This document shows, one piece after another, positions 1 to 10,341 of a stretch of 64,000 bases of DNA. The notes beneath the pieces are model-generated. The model was not told where the DNA came from. It saw only the letters and a list, made by a program, of their open reading frames with translations, and did no database searches. The DNA is from Pseudomonadota bacterium (lineage in GTDB: Bacteria > Pseudomonadota > Alphaproteobacteria > Rickettsiales > UBA8987). Position 1 is the first letter of the stretch, and every line of letters begins with the position of its first letter. The stretch is taken from NCBI GenBank assembly GCA_048498735.1, contig JBEHXK010000004.1, forward strand, positions 2,283-66,282, in the 5' to 3' direction. The translations under genes and the position numbers were made by a program.

Positions 1-3000
1 ATCAGTTTTGCCATCAGCGCCTATGCTTATATTCCTGCCCACCAGAAGAACGTGCTGTTCGGTTGTACAGAAATCTTCACGGCAACGAGTTGTGGTTGGA
101 TTATCTACCGGGCAATTACACCAGAAACCAAACGGTTCTGTTTCACCGTATTTACTGATATCACCAGATGAAGGAGGTTTGTTCAACCAGAATTCCTGCT
201 GCTGCACCGAACCACTTGCATAATTCCTGAAGCTTTCAAGTGCATAATCCGGATCACCATCTGTAACGAGAGTGGTCATACCACCAGATACATCTATAGA
301 TCCTAAACCACCAAGATCACCACTGAACTGATCAAGGCCTTTATCAATTTTATTTGCCAGATCAGCTGCACCCACTGCTTTTGCTGCCGTAGAAAGTGCG
401 GTTTGTGCTGCACCCAAGAATTTGTCTATAGTTGTAAGCGTGCTGTTTATTGTATTTAGAGTGGATGCTATGGTATTAACAGCTGAAGCCGCGGTATTTA
501 ATGTATCATCAATGCTATCTAATGTTGGCTTGAATTCAGCAGATGCATTCATGCTTATAGAACCTGTTACGCCGTTCTTCATATTCGTACATACGTTTTG
601 CGCCTGAGTGAAGAATTTAGTTACCCCTGTTGCCGTTGATATTTCGCTACCGATCGCACTAGATAGGTCATCACCTGCTTTCATGGAATCATCAAATGCA
701 TCCATATACTCGCTTGCGCCGAAAACACTTGCCAGAACATCAGCAACAGTCTTGATAGTTTTAAAGCCAAATTTAACTTTTGCCTTACCTATGTTGAAGG
801 ATATAGAAATTCCTCGGATAGCTTGAAGCGTGCCGTTAAGCTTATCATCAACCGGTTTAACTATATTGGTCTGTAATTTATTTACCGTAGCTTTTGCTGT
901 TGCCAACGATGAATTAACAGTCGGGCCGGTTTCACCAGGTTCATCAACGCGACCATCATAATTGTCATCAATATGATTGCTTGCAAAAGGAGGATCACCT
1001 GCTGCAGGCTGGGTCATAGGTTTATCACAAAAATCAGACTGCGCATAACCACTTGCACTCGCCTTACTTAGTTGATCTACGGTCCCCCTGAGCATTTTTG
1101 AAACCCTTTGCAGATTTTGTATATCTGATTGCAGTGATTCCGTTTTTTCATCAGCTTCATCTACAGTGCCATCACCATCGTTATCCACACCATCTTTATT
1201 GGCAGGTTGTCCGCTGGAATTTGTTGAACTGCCTGAAACAAGGTTATTTATATCTGTAATATATTTACGAACGGTGGTTTCCAGTTTTTTGATATCGCCC
1301 AGAGTATTTGCTATATCTGTAAGGGTTTTCTTGTAATCTGCGGTTGTACCGCCGCCGCTGGTGCTGCTGCTTGCAGTTACGCTGTTGCTGGAACTATAAG
1401 ATGTATCATCCGATGTAGCATTTGCCGGGGTTATAGTTTTTGTTACTGTAAAGTTGGAACCGCTCTGGGTTCCTATTATCACCGCTTCAAATTCTTTTTC
1501 ACGACCATAGAACGTATCACCACGAGTAGCATAATCTATTGCCCTGATAGCGTTATCTACAGCTTTTTCTACAGATGTATATTTAGTTACAGTGTATTTT
1601 TTAGAGCTGCCTGTTCCAGTGCTTGATATTTTGTAACACCCGGTTTTCCTACATGCACCTGTATAGAAATTCTCTTTAGGATCAACATTGCTTCCAGGAA
1701 CTTTAGCAAGCGCATTATCTACGGTGCTTGCCATTGAACCAACTAAAGATAAATCACATTCAATTGGATCATCCTGGCCATAAACAGCAAGCGCTACGTT
1801 CACCACTGCCTTAGCTGCTTCGCACAGAGCATTTTGTTTATTGCGGGCCAATGCATCAACGTTCTCGTGGCATGGACTCTTATACCAATCAGGATTACCA
1901 TTTGTCTTATCGTAAGATACAGAACCAGGAACATCAATCACAGGGCCGGTGCAATCAAGGAAAGATTTCAGGAATTCATAATCAAAGCGAGGAAGCCTCC
2001 ATGCAATTATTTTCGGATCAGTTGTTCCGCGCTTATAAAGATCCAGCCAACCAGCGCAACGTGACTTGCTTGCAGGATTATCTTCACCCAGCAACCATTT
2101 ACCAAGCATTGTGTTAGGATCGTCAACCCAAGTTGAACGCACACCGAATGGACCACATGTATCGCGTATCCTCTCAACCCTATATAGCTCAAGTTTAGGT
2201 TTTGCAGCCGCAAGATCAACCGGATCGGACTTTGTTATTATAGTGTCCATATTATTGACCCAGAAGTGAGACATGATAGGCGTTTTGTTGAAATTAAAAT
2301 CATTATCAACTTTAATATCATTTCCTACAGTGTCCTTACCGGCAACGTTACCCTTAAAGAACGGATTATATGGAACTTCGAATTCACACCAGAAAGCTTT
2401 ATTTAAACCAACTGCAATAGACCATGCGTGTGGTAACCACTCAAAATAAGGTGTTTCATTATCACGAACTTTGAAACCACCGAATTCTTTATTGTCTGTA
2501 TATGTTATGCTGCCGCCTGAAGATGAGGATGAATTGGATGGCGGTGGTGTAAGGATCGGCATTTTACCGATATTGATATCATCATAAACATGCCATGCAT
2601 CACGAACCTGGTTTGCATTAGGAGAATCTTTGTCTATCTGATAATATTTCCTGCCATCAGCATCTACTATCAGATCATTATTGCCAGAACTATCGGCATT
2701 TTTCTTATTATACACTTCATCTATAACACTTGTAGGTACGTTTGGTATGTCTGGCCATCCTTGTATACCAAACAAGTTAGGAACCAGACCGATGGTTTTT
2801 GTTATATTTATAGGCTGATTGTGAATACATGAACTTGCAGGCCATGAATGATCAACCCATTCTTTGCTGGCTGTAAGGTTACTCTCATTCAACACCATGA
2901 CACCAAGTTTTGGACCCGTATCAACTGTGCGAGGAATTTCCTCATAAGCTTCATATGTACCATCACCGCCAAAATAAGCATAATCAACAGCAGCATCTGC

Positions 3001-6000
3001 ATTTTGACTGTCTGTCAGGCCATTTGTTTCCCAAGTTTTTTCTGCCATATGCTGGCTCAACATCGCCTTGCCACCCGCACGACCTATCCAGTTATCTTCT
3101 ATATAAACCGGGCTGCCTGAAGCACCGACCGTACCGAGTTCATATTTTTCCCAGTTCTGTTTTATATACATGCCAGAATCGGTATTAAAGCCATATGCAT
3201 AAACAGGCAGGCTAGGAATTGGAGTTATTAGAGATATAATCGGCGCATTAATATCTGTAGTCATCCAGTGCTTATATTTATAATTTGCACCACCAGCATT
3301 TAACGTATTGTTAATCACATCAAATGCAGCTGACACTACTGCCGAACCAAGTTTTGCTACACCACCACCACTCGCCATTGAATCTGAAAGGCTATTAACG
3401 ATCTTAGCACCAACGTTAGGATTACATATACCCCAAGGATTACTATCACTGACACCAAATGGATTTATAACATCCTTCCAGAAATGAGGTGGAACAACCG
3501 AACGGCAATTCCTTCTTTCCATATTCACCTGGTAACCAAGACCGTTCGTAACAGTTGATACAACATCAGAAACGTTTGTAGGATCTATAACAGGTGAGTA
3601 AAGATCAGATGTCAGTGGGATTGTATCACCGGTTATAGTTTTGGCCGCATCTGCAAGGGTTTGGAGCTGCTGGTTATTAAATGGACTACCATCACCAATA
3701 CGTGTCCCGTTCGTTAGATCACGCTGCTCTGACATCACAGAAAGTGCGCTGAAACTCAGGAAGTTATAATAGTCAAATATCTCAGGCCTGTAACCTCTTC
3801 TTCTTCTAAAACCATAATCGTTCATGTTATTCAGATTGTCGCTTAATGCACTATCAATTGCTTCCAACCCTTGGCCAACAAGATTTTTATTGTTGACGCT
3901 GGATGATTCCAAACGTTCAGGATCACTGCCAGGAAGTGAAGCAGGAGCATTCCATGATGTAAAGGCACCCACAACATTTGGCAGCGTACCACCGACCAGA
4001 TTCAGCTTTTGAGAATCAGGCGCATTAAGAACATTTTTGCGGTAGTTATTGTTCTTATCCTGCATTTTATAGAAATAATAAAGCATGGTCGCTTTGAAGG
4101 CATTACGCCCCTCCAATGCATTTTCCATACCGTAATTATCTGATGTATCGTAATATGCGACCCACTGGCACATGCTTGAATCCGGAGTTACGGCACCAAC
4201 AGTATTCCTTATAACTTTTTGGTTCGTATCAAGAACTATCGATCCCCTATCGCCTTCAAATGCCCATTGCTCAATGAACAATCTCAAGCACTGCTGCATC
4301 TTGGCTTTACGTCCCTGGTTCGATTCCACCGAAAGCACGCGAGGATCAAAGGTCTGAGGTTTTGCTCCATCCTTAGCATCAGGCGCATAAATATTATATG
4401 GATTTATAGAATAATCATTACGGCTTATTACTTTATCACGATAACCATACTCTTCCAGGCTCTGCTGGTTATGAGTAGTTGTATCACCTGATTTTGACTG
4501 CTGATCATAAACAACTCTTTCAGCGTAAGGAGTGAAACTCGGTCTTCTGTAATCCGTCGGTGTATAAATATTATTGCGGCCGAATATATCTTTCTGATTC
4601 ACCGCCGGAGTTCCAGAAGGTATCACACCTTTATACGCAAGCGGCAACCAGTGCTCCTCAGGATCAAGATCAAGAACATATGGTTTTGAAGCACTTTTTT
4701 CCCAACAATATGTATTATAGTTAAATACATATCTGTTATTGATATAGTTCTGAGTTATAGCAACCGGCACCCCGGCAATGTTGGTGGTTTGATATTCACG
4801 ATTCATGTAATAACCGCAGTAATCATCCATTTCTGCTACAGTATCATTAGCCAGGCATACAGGCAGGGAACCGCTCTGGATCCTGGCATCATCAGATGGC
4901 AATTTTACTTTCTGCATCGCTTTTACCTTTGCAGCAGGATCGCCAAGATTAACACCAGGAGAACCTGAGCTGGAACTTGATCCAGTAGAACTTGACGAAG
5001 TGGAAGTTGTTACTGAAACCATAGCGGCATTATGCTGAATCACGCAAAGAGGATGGCGCATCAGAAGCCTGTCATTAGGAACAAGATAGGTTGTGGTTTC
5101 AGCTGTAGGATCAGCAGCGGTATTGTCAGGATCAGTTCTCCCTTCAACTTTACCAGAAACCGCATCACCGGCACCGATAACTTCTTCATCCATTGGCAGG
5201 TTGGTATCATTTACAGGATTTTGCACAGAAACGATTGTTTTTGTGTATTGGCTTAAGAAACATTCATCTGCCATGGCTGCCGCTGCTGCCGCTGCTCCAG
5301 TTACTCCGGTAAGTTCGTCCAGGTCAACCACCCTTCTGGTAGGCTGATAGAATTTTATCGGCGTAGCATCTTTCCATTGACAGTTATACATAACTGACTT
5401 GGCATTATTGCTCGCATCAAACGCAAGCGGAGTACCGGCTTTATTGACAACCGGCTTGCTGAACTTGCCGGCAGGCATTAACACGAATCTCTCTTCAGGA
5501 TCATAACAACCGGTGCGGGATTCATATATATCTTCACTTGATGATCTTGCAGAAGTATCAAACGGCACGGCCTTATTGTTATTCACATAATGATTGCCAT
5601 CGGTAATATTAGGCAGATTGGAGTCTTGGGCAGGCAGATGCGTGTAGAAGAATTTACCGCGACCGCAATTACCTTTGTACGGGTTATTCTCACTGCTAAT
5701 TATATTCTGATAAGTTGTATCGATCGAATTATAAGCAGAACCTTCCTGCGCATTTGTGTTAGCAGTTTTACCGCCATCACTTGTTGAGTAATTCGGGAAT
5801 TTATCAAAATCAGGTTTGCCACTTGGGATCAACAAGCAATCTGGAACAACCATGCTCAATAAACCGCTTACACCATTCTGTATAACGCTACCAACATTAA
5901 TGTTAATACCATTAGAGCCGGTTATGGAGCTGGTTCCAAGCATCGGCTCACAACCTTGAGATTTAATTATATTATCTTTATTTCCGGTGATACCATCACG

Positions 6001-6633
6001 GGAAACTTTTACGCGGCGATCTTCATAACAATCTTCACATTTTTTCGTATTACCATCATGAACCGTACAGCCATCTTCCTGCATGATAGCAAATTTTATA
6101 CCCCATATATTCCTGGTACATGAATAATCGCCTGCTGAACAACCTTTATCGCAAGAACTTTGGCCTGGCGCATACGGATCTGTTCTTGCATCGGCATTTC
6201 TGAAGTAGCATTTGTCGATCATTTTATTTTCGTCCTTGAAAATACCAGTTCCAAGGAATCCATTCAGATCGATACCCTCCTTATATGCCACTATATACTG
6301 ACATTCGCCTTTTAACTGCGCCTTAACCTGCTGAAACGAAACTCTACAGTCTTCCTGCAATCTTGCTTTTATGCCTTTTGCAAGATTACCAGCAAAACAT
6401 AATAAACCATGCTTATCGGCCTGCGATATCGTGTTACAGATACTTGCATCAACATCTTTTGCGTAATAGGTATGAGCGCGGGTATCACCGCATGTCGCAT
6501 TCGGGTCCCAGCTTATTTCAAGAGGGGGAAGCCAGTTAACGCTTGGGTCAAATTGAGCGCTTTGCGCACCGGAAGAAACTATAGCAGCAAGGGCTATGAT
6601 AGGTATTTGGAGGATTTTCCAGTATTTCTTCAT
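1..6633 (-). CDS. Giant secreted protein of unknown family; N-terminal 2,211 codons only (the gene runs off the left edge of the window)
   Basis: Absent from the supplied ORF track, presumably because it has no in-window stop. Hand translation of the reverse strand gives ATG at 6633-6631 and then an unbroken frame to position 1 (6633 = 3 x 2211). Plus-strand triplets in register 1,4,7... never read tta/cta/tca. The N-terminus MKKYWKILQIPIIALAAIVSSGAQSA is a Sec signal peptide. Only 60-92 aa shadow ORFs lie on the + strand across the same 6.6 kb. Confidence 0.85.
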   Translation of the reverse strand, partial: MKKYWKILQIPIIALAAIVSSGAQSAQFDPSVNWLPPLEISWDPNATCGDTRAHTYYAKDVDASICNTISQADKHGLLCFAGNLAKGIKARLQEDCRVSFQQVKAQLKGECQYIVAYKEGIDLNGFLGTGIFKDENKMIDKCYFRNADARTDPYAPGQSSCDKGCSAGDYSCTRNIWGIKFAIMQEDGCTVHDGNTKKCEDCYEDRRVKVSRDGITGNKDNIIKSQGCEPMLGTSSITGSNGININVGSVIQNGVSGLLSMVVPDCLLIPSGKPDFDKFPNYSTSDGGKTANTNAQEGSAYNSIDTTYQNIISSENNPYKGNCGRGKFFYTHLPAQDSNLPNITDGNHYVNNNKAVPFDTSARSSSEDIYESRTGCYDPEERFVLMPAGKFSKPVVNKAGTPLAFDASNNAKSVMYNCQWKDATPIKFYQPTRRVVDLDELTGVTGAAAAAAAMADECFLSQYTKTIVSVQNPVNDTNLPMDEEVIGAGDAVSGKVEGRTDPDNTAADPTAETTTYLVPNDRLLMRHPLCVIQHNAAMVSVTTSTSSSSTGSSSSSGSPGVNLGDPAAKVKAMQKVKLPSDDARIQSGSLPVCLANDTVAEMDDYCGYYMNREYQTTNIAGVPVAITQNYINNRYVFNYNTYCWEKSASKPYVLDLDPEEHWLPLAYKGVIPSGTPAVNQKDIFGRNNIYTPTDYRRPSFTPYAERVVYDQQSKSGDTTTHNQQSLEEYGYRDKVISRNDYSINPYNIYAPDAKDGAKPQTFDPRVLSVESNQGRKAKMQQCLRLFIEQWAFEGDRGSIVLDTNQKVIRNTVGAVTPDSSMCQWVAYYDTSDNYGMENALEGRNAFKATMLYYFYKMQDKNNNYRKNVLNAPDSQKLNLVGGTLPNVVGAFTSWNAPASLPGSDPERLESSSVNNKNLVGQGLEAIDSALSDNLNNMNDYGFRRRRGYRPEIFDYYNFLSFSALSVMSEQRDLTNGTRIGDGSPFNNQQLQTLADAAKTITGDTIPLTSDLYSPVIDPTNVSDVVSTVTNGLGYQVNMERRNCRSVVPPHFWKDVINPFGVSDSNPWGICNPNVGAKIVNSLSDSMASGGGVAKLGSAVVSAAFDVINNTLNAGGANYKYKHWMTTDINAPIISLITPIPSLPVYAYGFNTDSGMYIKQNWEKYELGTVGASGSPVYIEDNWIGRAGGKAMLSQHMAEKTWETNGLTDSQNADAAVDYAYFGGDGTYEAYEEIPRTVDTGPKLGVMVLNESNLTASKEWVDHSWPASSCIHNQPINITKTIGLVPNLFGIQGWPDIPNVPTSVIDEVYNKKNADSSGNNDLIVDADGRKYYQIDKDSPNANQVRDAWHVYDDINIGKMPILTPPPSNSSSSSGGSITYTDNKEFGGFKVRDNETPYFEWLPHAWSIAVGLNKAFWCEFEVPYNPFFKGNVAGKDTVGNDIKVDNDFNFNKTPIMSHFWVNNMDTIITKSDPVDLAAAKPKLELYRVERIRDTCGPFGVRSTWVDDPNTMLGKWLLGEDNPASKSRCAGWLDLYKRGTTDPKIIAWRLPRFDYEFLKSFLDCTGPVIDVPGSVSYDKTNGNPDWYKSPCHENVDALARNKQNALCEAAKAVVNVALAVYGQDDPIECDLSLVGSMASTVDNALAKVPGSNVDPKENFYTGACRKTGCYKISSTGTGSSKKYTVTKYTSVEKAVDNAIRAIDYATRGDTFYGREKEFEAVIIGTQSGSNFTVTKTITPANATSDDTSYSSSNSVTASSSTSGGGTTADYKKTLTDIANTLGDIKKLETTVRKYITDINNLVSGSSTNSSGQPANKDGVDNDGDGTVDEADEKTESLQSDIQNLQRVSKMLRGTVDQLSKASASGYAQSDFCDKPMTQPAAGDPPFASNHIDDNYDGRVDEPGETGPTVNSSLATAKATVNKLQTNIVKPVDDKLNGTLQAIRGISISFNIGKAKVKFGFKTIKTVADVLASVFGASEYMDAFDDSMKAGDDLSSAIGSEISTATGVTKFFTQAQNVCTNMKNGVTGSISMNASAEFKPTLDSIDDTLNTAASAVNTIASTLNTINSTLTTIDKFLGAAQTALSTAAKAVGAADLANKIDKGLDQFSGDLGGLGSIDVSGGMTTLVTDGDPDYALESFRNYASGSVQQQEFWLNKPPSSGDISKYGETEPFGFWCNCPVDNPTTTRCREDFCTTEQHVLLVGRNISIGADGKTD

Positions 6634-6814
6634 CTGCCGCCAGTATCTCTAATATAGCAATTATACAATATTTTAATAAAAAATTAACTAAAAATTCATA
6701 AAATATGCTAAAATATTCTTCTTTTTGATCGACATATACTTATATATACTCATCACTGTCTAGACAATTAAATTTTGCTTAAAATCGCTTTATTACGGGA
6801 TTTTTATTATAAAC

Positions 6815-7600
6815 ATGTCAGAAAGCCGTAAATTCAATAATGATGACTATCGCGAACTTGCCGAAAAGATAGAATCCGGCCAATATTTCCAGGAAGCACA
6901 GGACTGGTATCTTAAGAAATATATGTACCAGTTCATTGAGCGGTCATATCTGATAATGCTGCTTCTGGCATTACTTATACTGGGCATGTTCCTGCGCAGT
7001 TATTATCATAGCATTTTACCTATCAGGAAAAGCTTGCCTATCCAGGTTAATATTTCTTCTGCGGCGGAATATTCAACGCGCATAACCTATCTTGGCAACG
7101 GCCGTAAAGATTTTGATGTGAATGATGTTTATGTGAATTATTTTGCAGGACGTTTTGTTGAAGCGATTGAAAGCTATGATTACCGGGATGATTTCAAGAA
7201 ACTGCGTATCAACAAAACCCTTATACATGAACTGGCTTCAAGTGATATATATGATTACTACATGGATAAAATATCGATTCGTAACGCAGATAGCGTGATT
7301 TTAAAATATCGCAAAAAAATATACCGCGTTATTAACGTTGATAAATCGAAAACTGAAATAGCCCTGATCCCTAAGGACAAGAACGATATCTATAATGACA
7401 AGAATGATGATATGCGCAAATATCAGGCAACAGTGAATTTCACCGCAACTGAATATGACCGCAACGGTATAGGAACTAAATCAAACTGGCAGGCTAAGTT
7501 TATCTTGTCTTTCCAGACCATAAAATATAATTTCAAGGAAAAGGATTTTTCACCGCTGAATTTTAAAGTTTTGAGCTATGAGAGTAAAAGGATCGATTAA
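6815..7600 (+). CDS. virB8: VirB8-like type IV secretion inner-membrane protein
   Basis: 261 aa. The cytoplasmic N-terminus carries YFQEAQDW (cf. VirB8 YF.EA.SWE). One TM helix (YLIMLLLALLILGMFL) is followed by a periplasmic domain with RFVEAIESYDY and C-terminal SPLNFKVLSYE (cf. Brucella VirB8 NPLGFNVTSYR). It overlaps the next gene by 23 nt. Confidence 0.7.
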   Translation: MSESRKFNNDDYRELAEKIESGQYFQEAQDWYLKKYMYQFIERSYLIMLLLALLILGMFLRSYYHSILPIRKSLPIQVNISSAAEYSTRITYLGNGRKDFDVNDVYVNYFAGRFVEAIESYDYRDDFKKLRINKTLIHELASSDIYDYYMDKISIRNADSVILKYRKKIYRVINVDKSKTEIALIPKDKNDIYNDKNDDMRKYQATVNFTATEYDRNGIGTKSNWQAKFILSFQTIKYNFKEKDFSPLNFKVLSYESKRID

Positions 7601-8429
7601 GTTTTTAGCACTGCTGGGGATTTTACTTCTGGCAAATAATTCATATGCAGCAAATGCCGTGAAAAGCATGCCTATAAACGGTGACAGAAGATTGCGCATG
7701 TGGAATTACCAGCCTAATACCATGTATGAATATACCGGTGTTACAAAAGCACCTTCCCGCATAGAACTTGACCCGACTGAAGAGATAGCAAGCATAACAA
7801 TGGGTGATCCGACCGACTGGCAGATAAACCCGGTAGGATCTACTCTTTTCCTGAAGCCAGTTGCAGCGAATGCCAATACGAACATGACAATCATCACCAA
7901 TAAACGCACATATTATTTTGAGATGTATTCAAAAGAAGGCACTGGCATGGATGACCCGGATATGGCCTTACTGACGAAATTCAATTATGTTGATGCCGAA
8001 GGTGCCAATGGCGATTCAAACTCAAGCGACTTTATCGACCTTTCCTCTTCTGCAACTACAGGCGCACCTGATTATGTTCCTGACCCATTGCAAAGCACAA
8101 AAGGTCTGAACTTAGGATATAGCATGAGCGGCTCTAAGGATATAGCACCACTCGAGGCTTTTGATGATGGCGAATTCACCTATTTCAAATTCAAAAATAT
8201 TAATGCTGATTATCCTGCGATCTTCCAGGTTCTGCCCGATGGAAACGAAGCTATTGTGAATTACCGAGTTTCAAGAAATGGTTATGTGGTGATAGAGATG
8301 GTCACCAGCCAATATACGCTTCGCTTCGGCAGTCAGATGGCTTGTATATTCAATGATTCCAAGCCTCTTCCTTATGTTAGCAGGAAAATAAAGAAGAGCA
8401 ATGAGGCCTCTTCCTACGGCATATATTAA
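7578..8429 (+). CDS. virB9: VirB9/TrbG/CagX-family type IV secretion outer-membrane core protein
   Basis: 283 aa. Signal peptide MRVKGSIKFLALLGILLLANNSYAANA. The N-domain shows YEYTGV...ITMGDPTDWQINPVGSTLFLKPV...TNMTIITNKRTYYFEM. The C-domain shows PLEAFDDGEFTYFKF...PAIFQVLPDGNEAIVNYRV..GYVVIE....YTLRFG. Both are classic VirB9 signatures. Confidence 0.8.
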   Translation: MRVKGSIKFLALLGILLLANNSYAANAVKSMPINGDRRLRMWNYQPNTMYEYTGVTKAPSRIELDPTEEIASITMGDPTDWQINPVGSTLFLKPVAANANTNMTIITNKRTYYFEMYSKEGTGMDDPDMALLTKFNYVDAEGANGDSNSSDFIDLSSSATTGAPDYVPDPLQSTKGLNLGYSMSGSKDIAPLEAFDDGEFTYFKFKNINADYPAIFQVLPDGNEAIVNYRVSRNGYVVIEMVTSQYTLRFGSQMACIFNDSKPLPYVSRKIKKSNEASSYGIY

Positions 8430-8491
8430 TAACTTCCGATATTGAACTTCCTCTTGAATTCCAAGCAATTCTGGGATAAATACAGAGCCCT

Positions 8492-10282
8492 ATGAATAAA
8501 AAGAATAAAGATCTTCCATTTAAAAATCCTGAGAACGGATCGGAACTGGTTCTTAACACTTTATATGAAGAAGGTGTTGAGGTTATTTTCGGCTATCCAG
8601 GTGGCGCAGTTCTTCCTATATATGATGCGATTTTCAAACAGGATAAAATCCGCCATATTCTTGTTCGTCACGAACAAGGTGCTGCACATGCCGCAGAAGG
8701 TTATGCACGCTCGACCGGTAAGGTTGGCGTTCTGCTTGTAACATCAGGCCCCGGTGCAACAAATACCATCACTGGTTTGACTGATGCATTGCTTGATTCA
8801 ATTCCATTAGTTTGCATCACCGGACAGGTTGCAACTCACCTGATCGGCTCCGATGCCTTCCAGGAAGCTGACACTGTGGGCATTACGATGTCATGCACGA
8901 AACATAATTACCTGGTTAAGGAATCAGGCAAGCTTGAGAATATTATCCGCGAAGCGTTCTATGTGGCTAAAAGCGGCCGCCCAGGCCCGGTTGTAATCGA
9001 CCTGCCAAAAGATATACAATTGAAACCGGCTGTTCCATCAGTTGATCATAAATTAAAAGCGCATGATTCTTACAAGCCTTCAACCGATGCTAACGCGGAA
9101 GAAGTTAAAAAGGCCGTAAAACTTATGGCTGAAGCTAAGCAACCGGTTTTCTATACTGGCGGCGGCTTGATAAACTCGGGCGAAGAAGCTTGCGAGCTTC
9201 TGGTTGAGTTCGTAAAACTTACTGGTTACCCGATCACCAGCACATTGATGGGCCTTGGCGCTTACCCGACCAATGATCCGCAATTCCTGAAAATGCTCGG
9301 CATGCACGGCTCACTTGAAGCCAACATGGCGATGGCTAAATGCGACGTGATGATAAATATCGGCGCACGTTTTGATGATCGTATCACCGGCAGGAAAGAT
9401 GCCTTCTCGGTTGGTTCGAAAAAGATCCATGTTGATATTGATGCTTCGTCGATAAACAAAAACATTAAAGTTGATATCCAACTTGTTGGTGATGCAAAAC
9501 ACGTATTGAAGCAGCTTATCGCCGAATGGAAAAAACAGAATTACAAGGCTGATGAGCTGGCACTTAAAAAATGGTGGAAGCAAATTGATGAATGGCGCGA
9601 AGCAAAATCTTTTGCATATCGCAATTCAGAGAAGGCCCCTCGCCCGCAATATATTCTTGATACATTAAACCGCCTGCTGCAGAAGGAAAAAGATTATTTC
9701 GTGACAACGGATGTTGGCCAACACCAAATGTGGGCAGCGCAATATATTGATTTCAAAAAACCAAATCGCTGGCTGACTTCTGGCGGCCTTGGAACAATGG
9801 GATATGGCCTGCCTGCGGCTCTGGGCGCACAAGTTGCGAACCCGGATAAAACGGTTGTTTGCGTTTCCGGTGAAGCTTCAATCCAGATGAATATCCAGGA
9901 ACTTTCAACCATAGTTCAATATCGCCTGCCGGTAAAATTGCTGATTTTGAATAACGGATATATGGGCATGGTTCGCCAGTGGCAGGAACTTTTCCACGGC
10001 GACAGAAAATCTGAGAGCTATATGGAAGCTTTGCCAGATTTCGTAAAACTTGCAGAAGCTTATGGCATTAAAGGCATCAGGTGTGAAAAACCTGCCGATG
10101 TTGAATCTGCTCTGAAAAAGATGCTGGATTATGATGGCCCGGTTGTTATGGACATGCTGACCGATAAGGCTGAAAATGTTTATCCGATGATTCCGGCTGG
10201 TGCTGCGCATTACGAGATCAAACTTAACCCTGATTCACCTGATATCAAGGTGGATAAGGCTGAGGCTGCAAAGCAGGTTTAG
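8492..10282 (+). CDS. ilvB: Acetolactate synthase (AHAS) large catalytic subunit
   Basis: 596 aa. Motifs [40 protein letters not shown] and the ThDP-binding [16 protein letters not shown]...[12 protein letters not shown]. Confidence 0.9.
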   Translation: MNKKNKDLPFKNPENGSELVLNTLYEEGVEVIFGYPGGAVLPIYDAIFKQDKIRHILVRHEQGAAHAAEGYARSTGKVGVLLVTSGPGATNTITGLTDALLDSIPLVCITGQVATHLIGSDAFQEADTVGITMSCTKHNYLVKESGKLENIIREAFYVAKSGRPGPVVIDLPKDIQLKPAVPSVDHKLKAHDSYKPSTDANAEEVKKAVKLMAEAKQPVFYTGGGLINSGEEACELLVEFVKLTGYPITSTLMGLGAYPTNDPQFLKMLGMHGSLEANMAMAKCDVMINIGARFDDRITGRKDAFSVGSKKIHVDIDASSINKNIKVDIQLVGDAKHVLKQLIAEWKKQNYKADELALKKWWKQIDEWREAKSFAYRNSEKAPRPQYILDTLNRLLQKEKDYFVTTDVGQHQMWAAQYIDFKKPNRWLTSGGLGTMGYGLPAALGAQVANPDKTVVCVSGEASIQMNIQELSTIVQYRLPVKLLILNNGYMGMVRQWQELFHGDRKSESYMEALPDFVKLAEAYGIKGIRCEKPADVESALKKMLDYDGPVVMDMLTDKAENVYPMIPAGAAHYEIKLNPDSPDIKVDKAEAAKQV

Positions 10283-10298
10283 ACCCTTAAAGCTTAAT

Positions 10299-10314
10299 TG
10301 GCATAAGAGTTGCT
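10299..10314 (+). promoter_or_regulatory. Candidate sigma-54 (-24/-12) promoter for the 10346 gene
   Basis: TGGCAT-AAGAG-TTGCT compared with the consensus TGGCAC-N5-TTGCW. GG and GC are separated by exactly 10 nt. The site is intergenic, about 32 nt upstream of the ATG at 10346. Confidence 0.55.
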
Positions 10315-10319
10315 AATAT

Positions 10320-10341
10320 AATCCTTAAAACCTTAAGGATT
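10320..10341 (+). promoter_or_regulatory. Perfect 9-bp stem / 4-nt loop hairpin covering the Shine-Dalgarno of the 10346 gene
   Basis: AATCCTTAA-aacc-TTAAGGATT. The 3' arm contains AAGGA (10335-10339), 6 nt upstream of the ATG. No T-tract follows, so it is not a classical terminator for ilvB. Confidence 0.5.

Noticed and set aside
8-6657. About 25 short ORFs (60-92 aa) listed in the track across the first 6.6 kb, nearly all on the + strand
   Set aside because: They lie in several frames, lack RBS or any recognisable motif, and all sit antisense to, or out of frame with, the continuous 2,211-codon reverse-strand frame. They are best explained as shadow ORFs of the giant gene.
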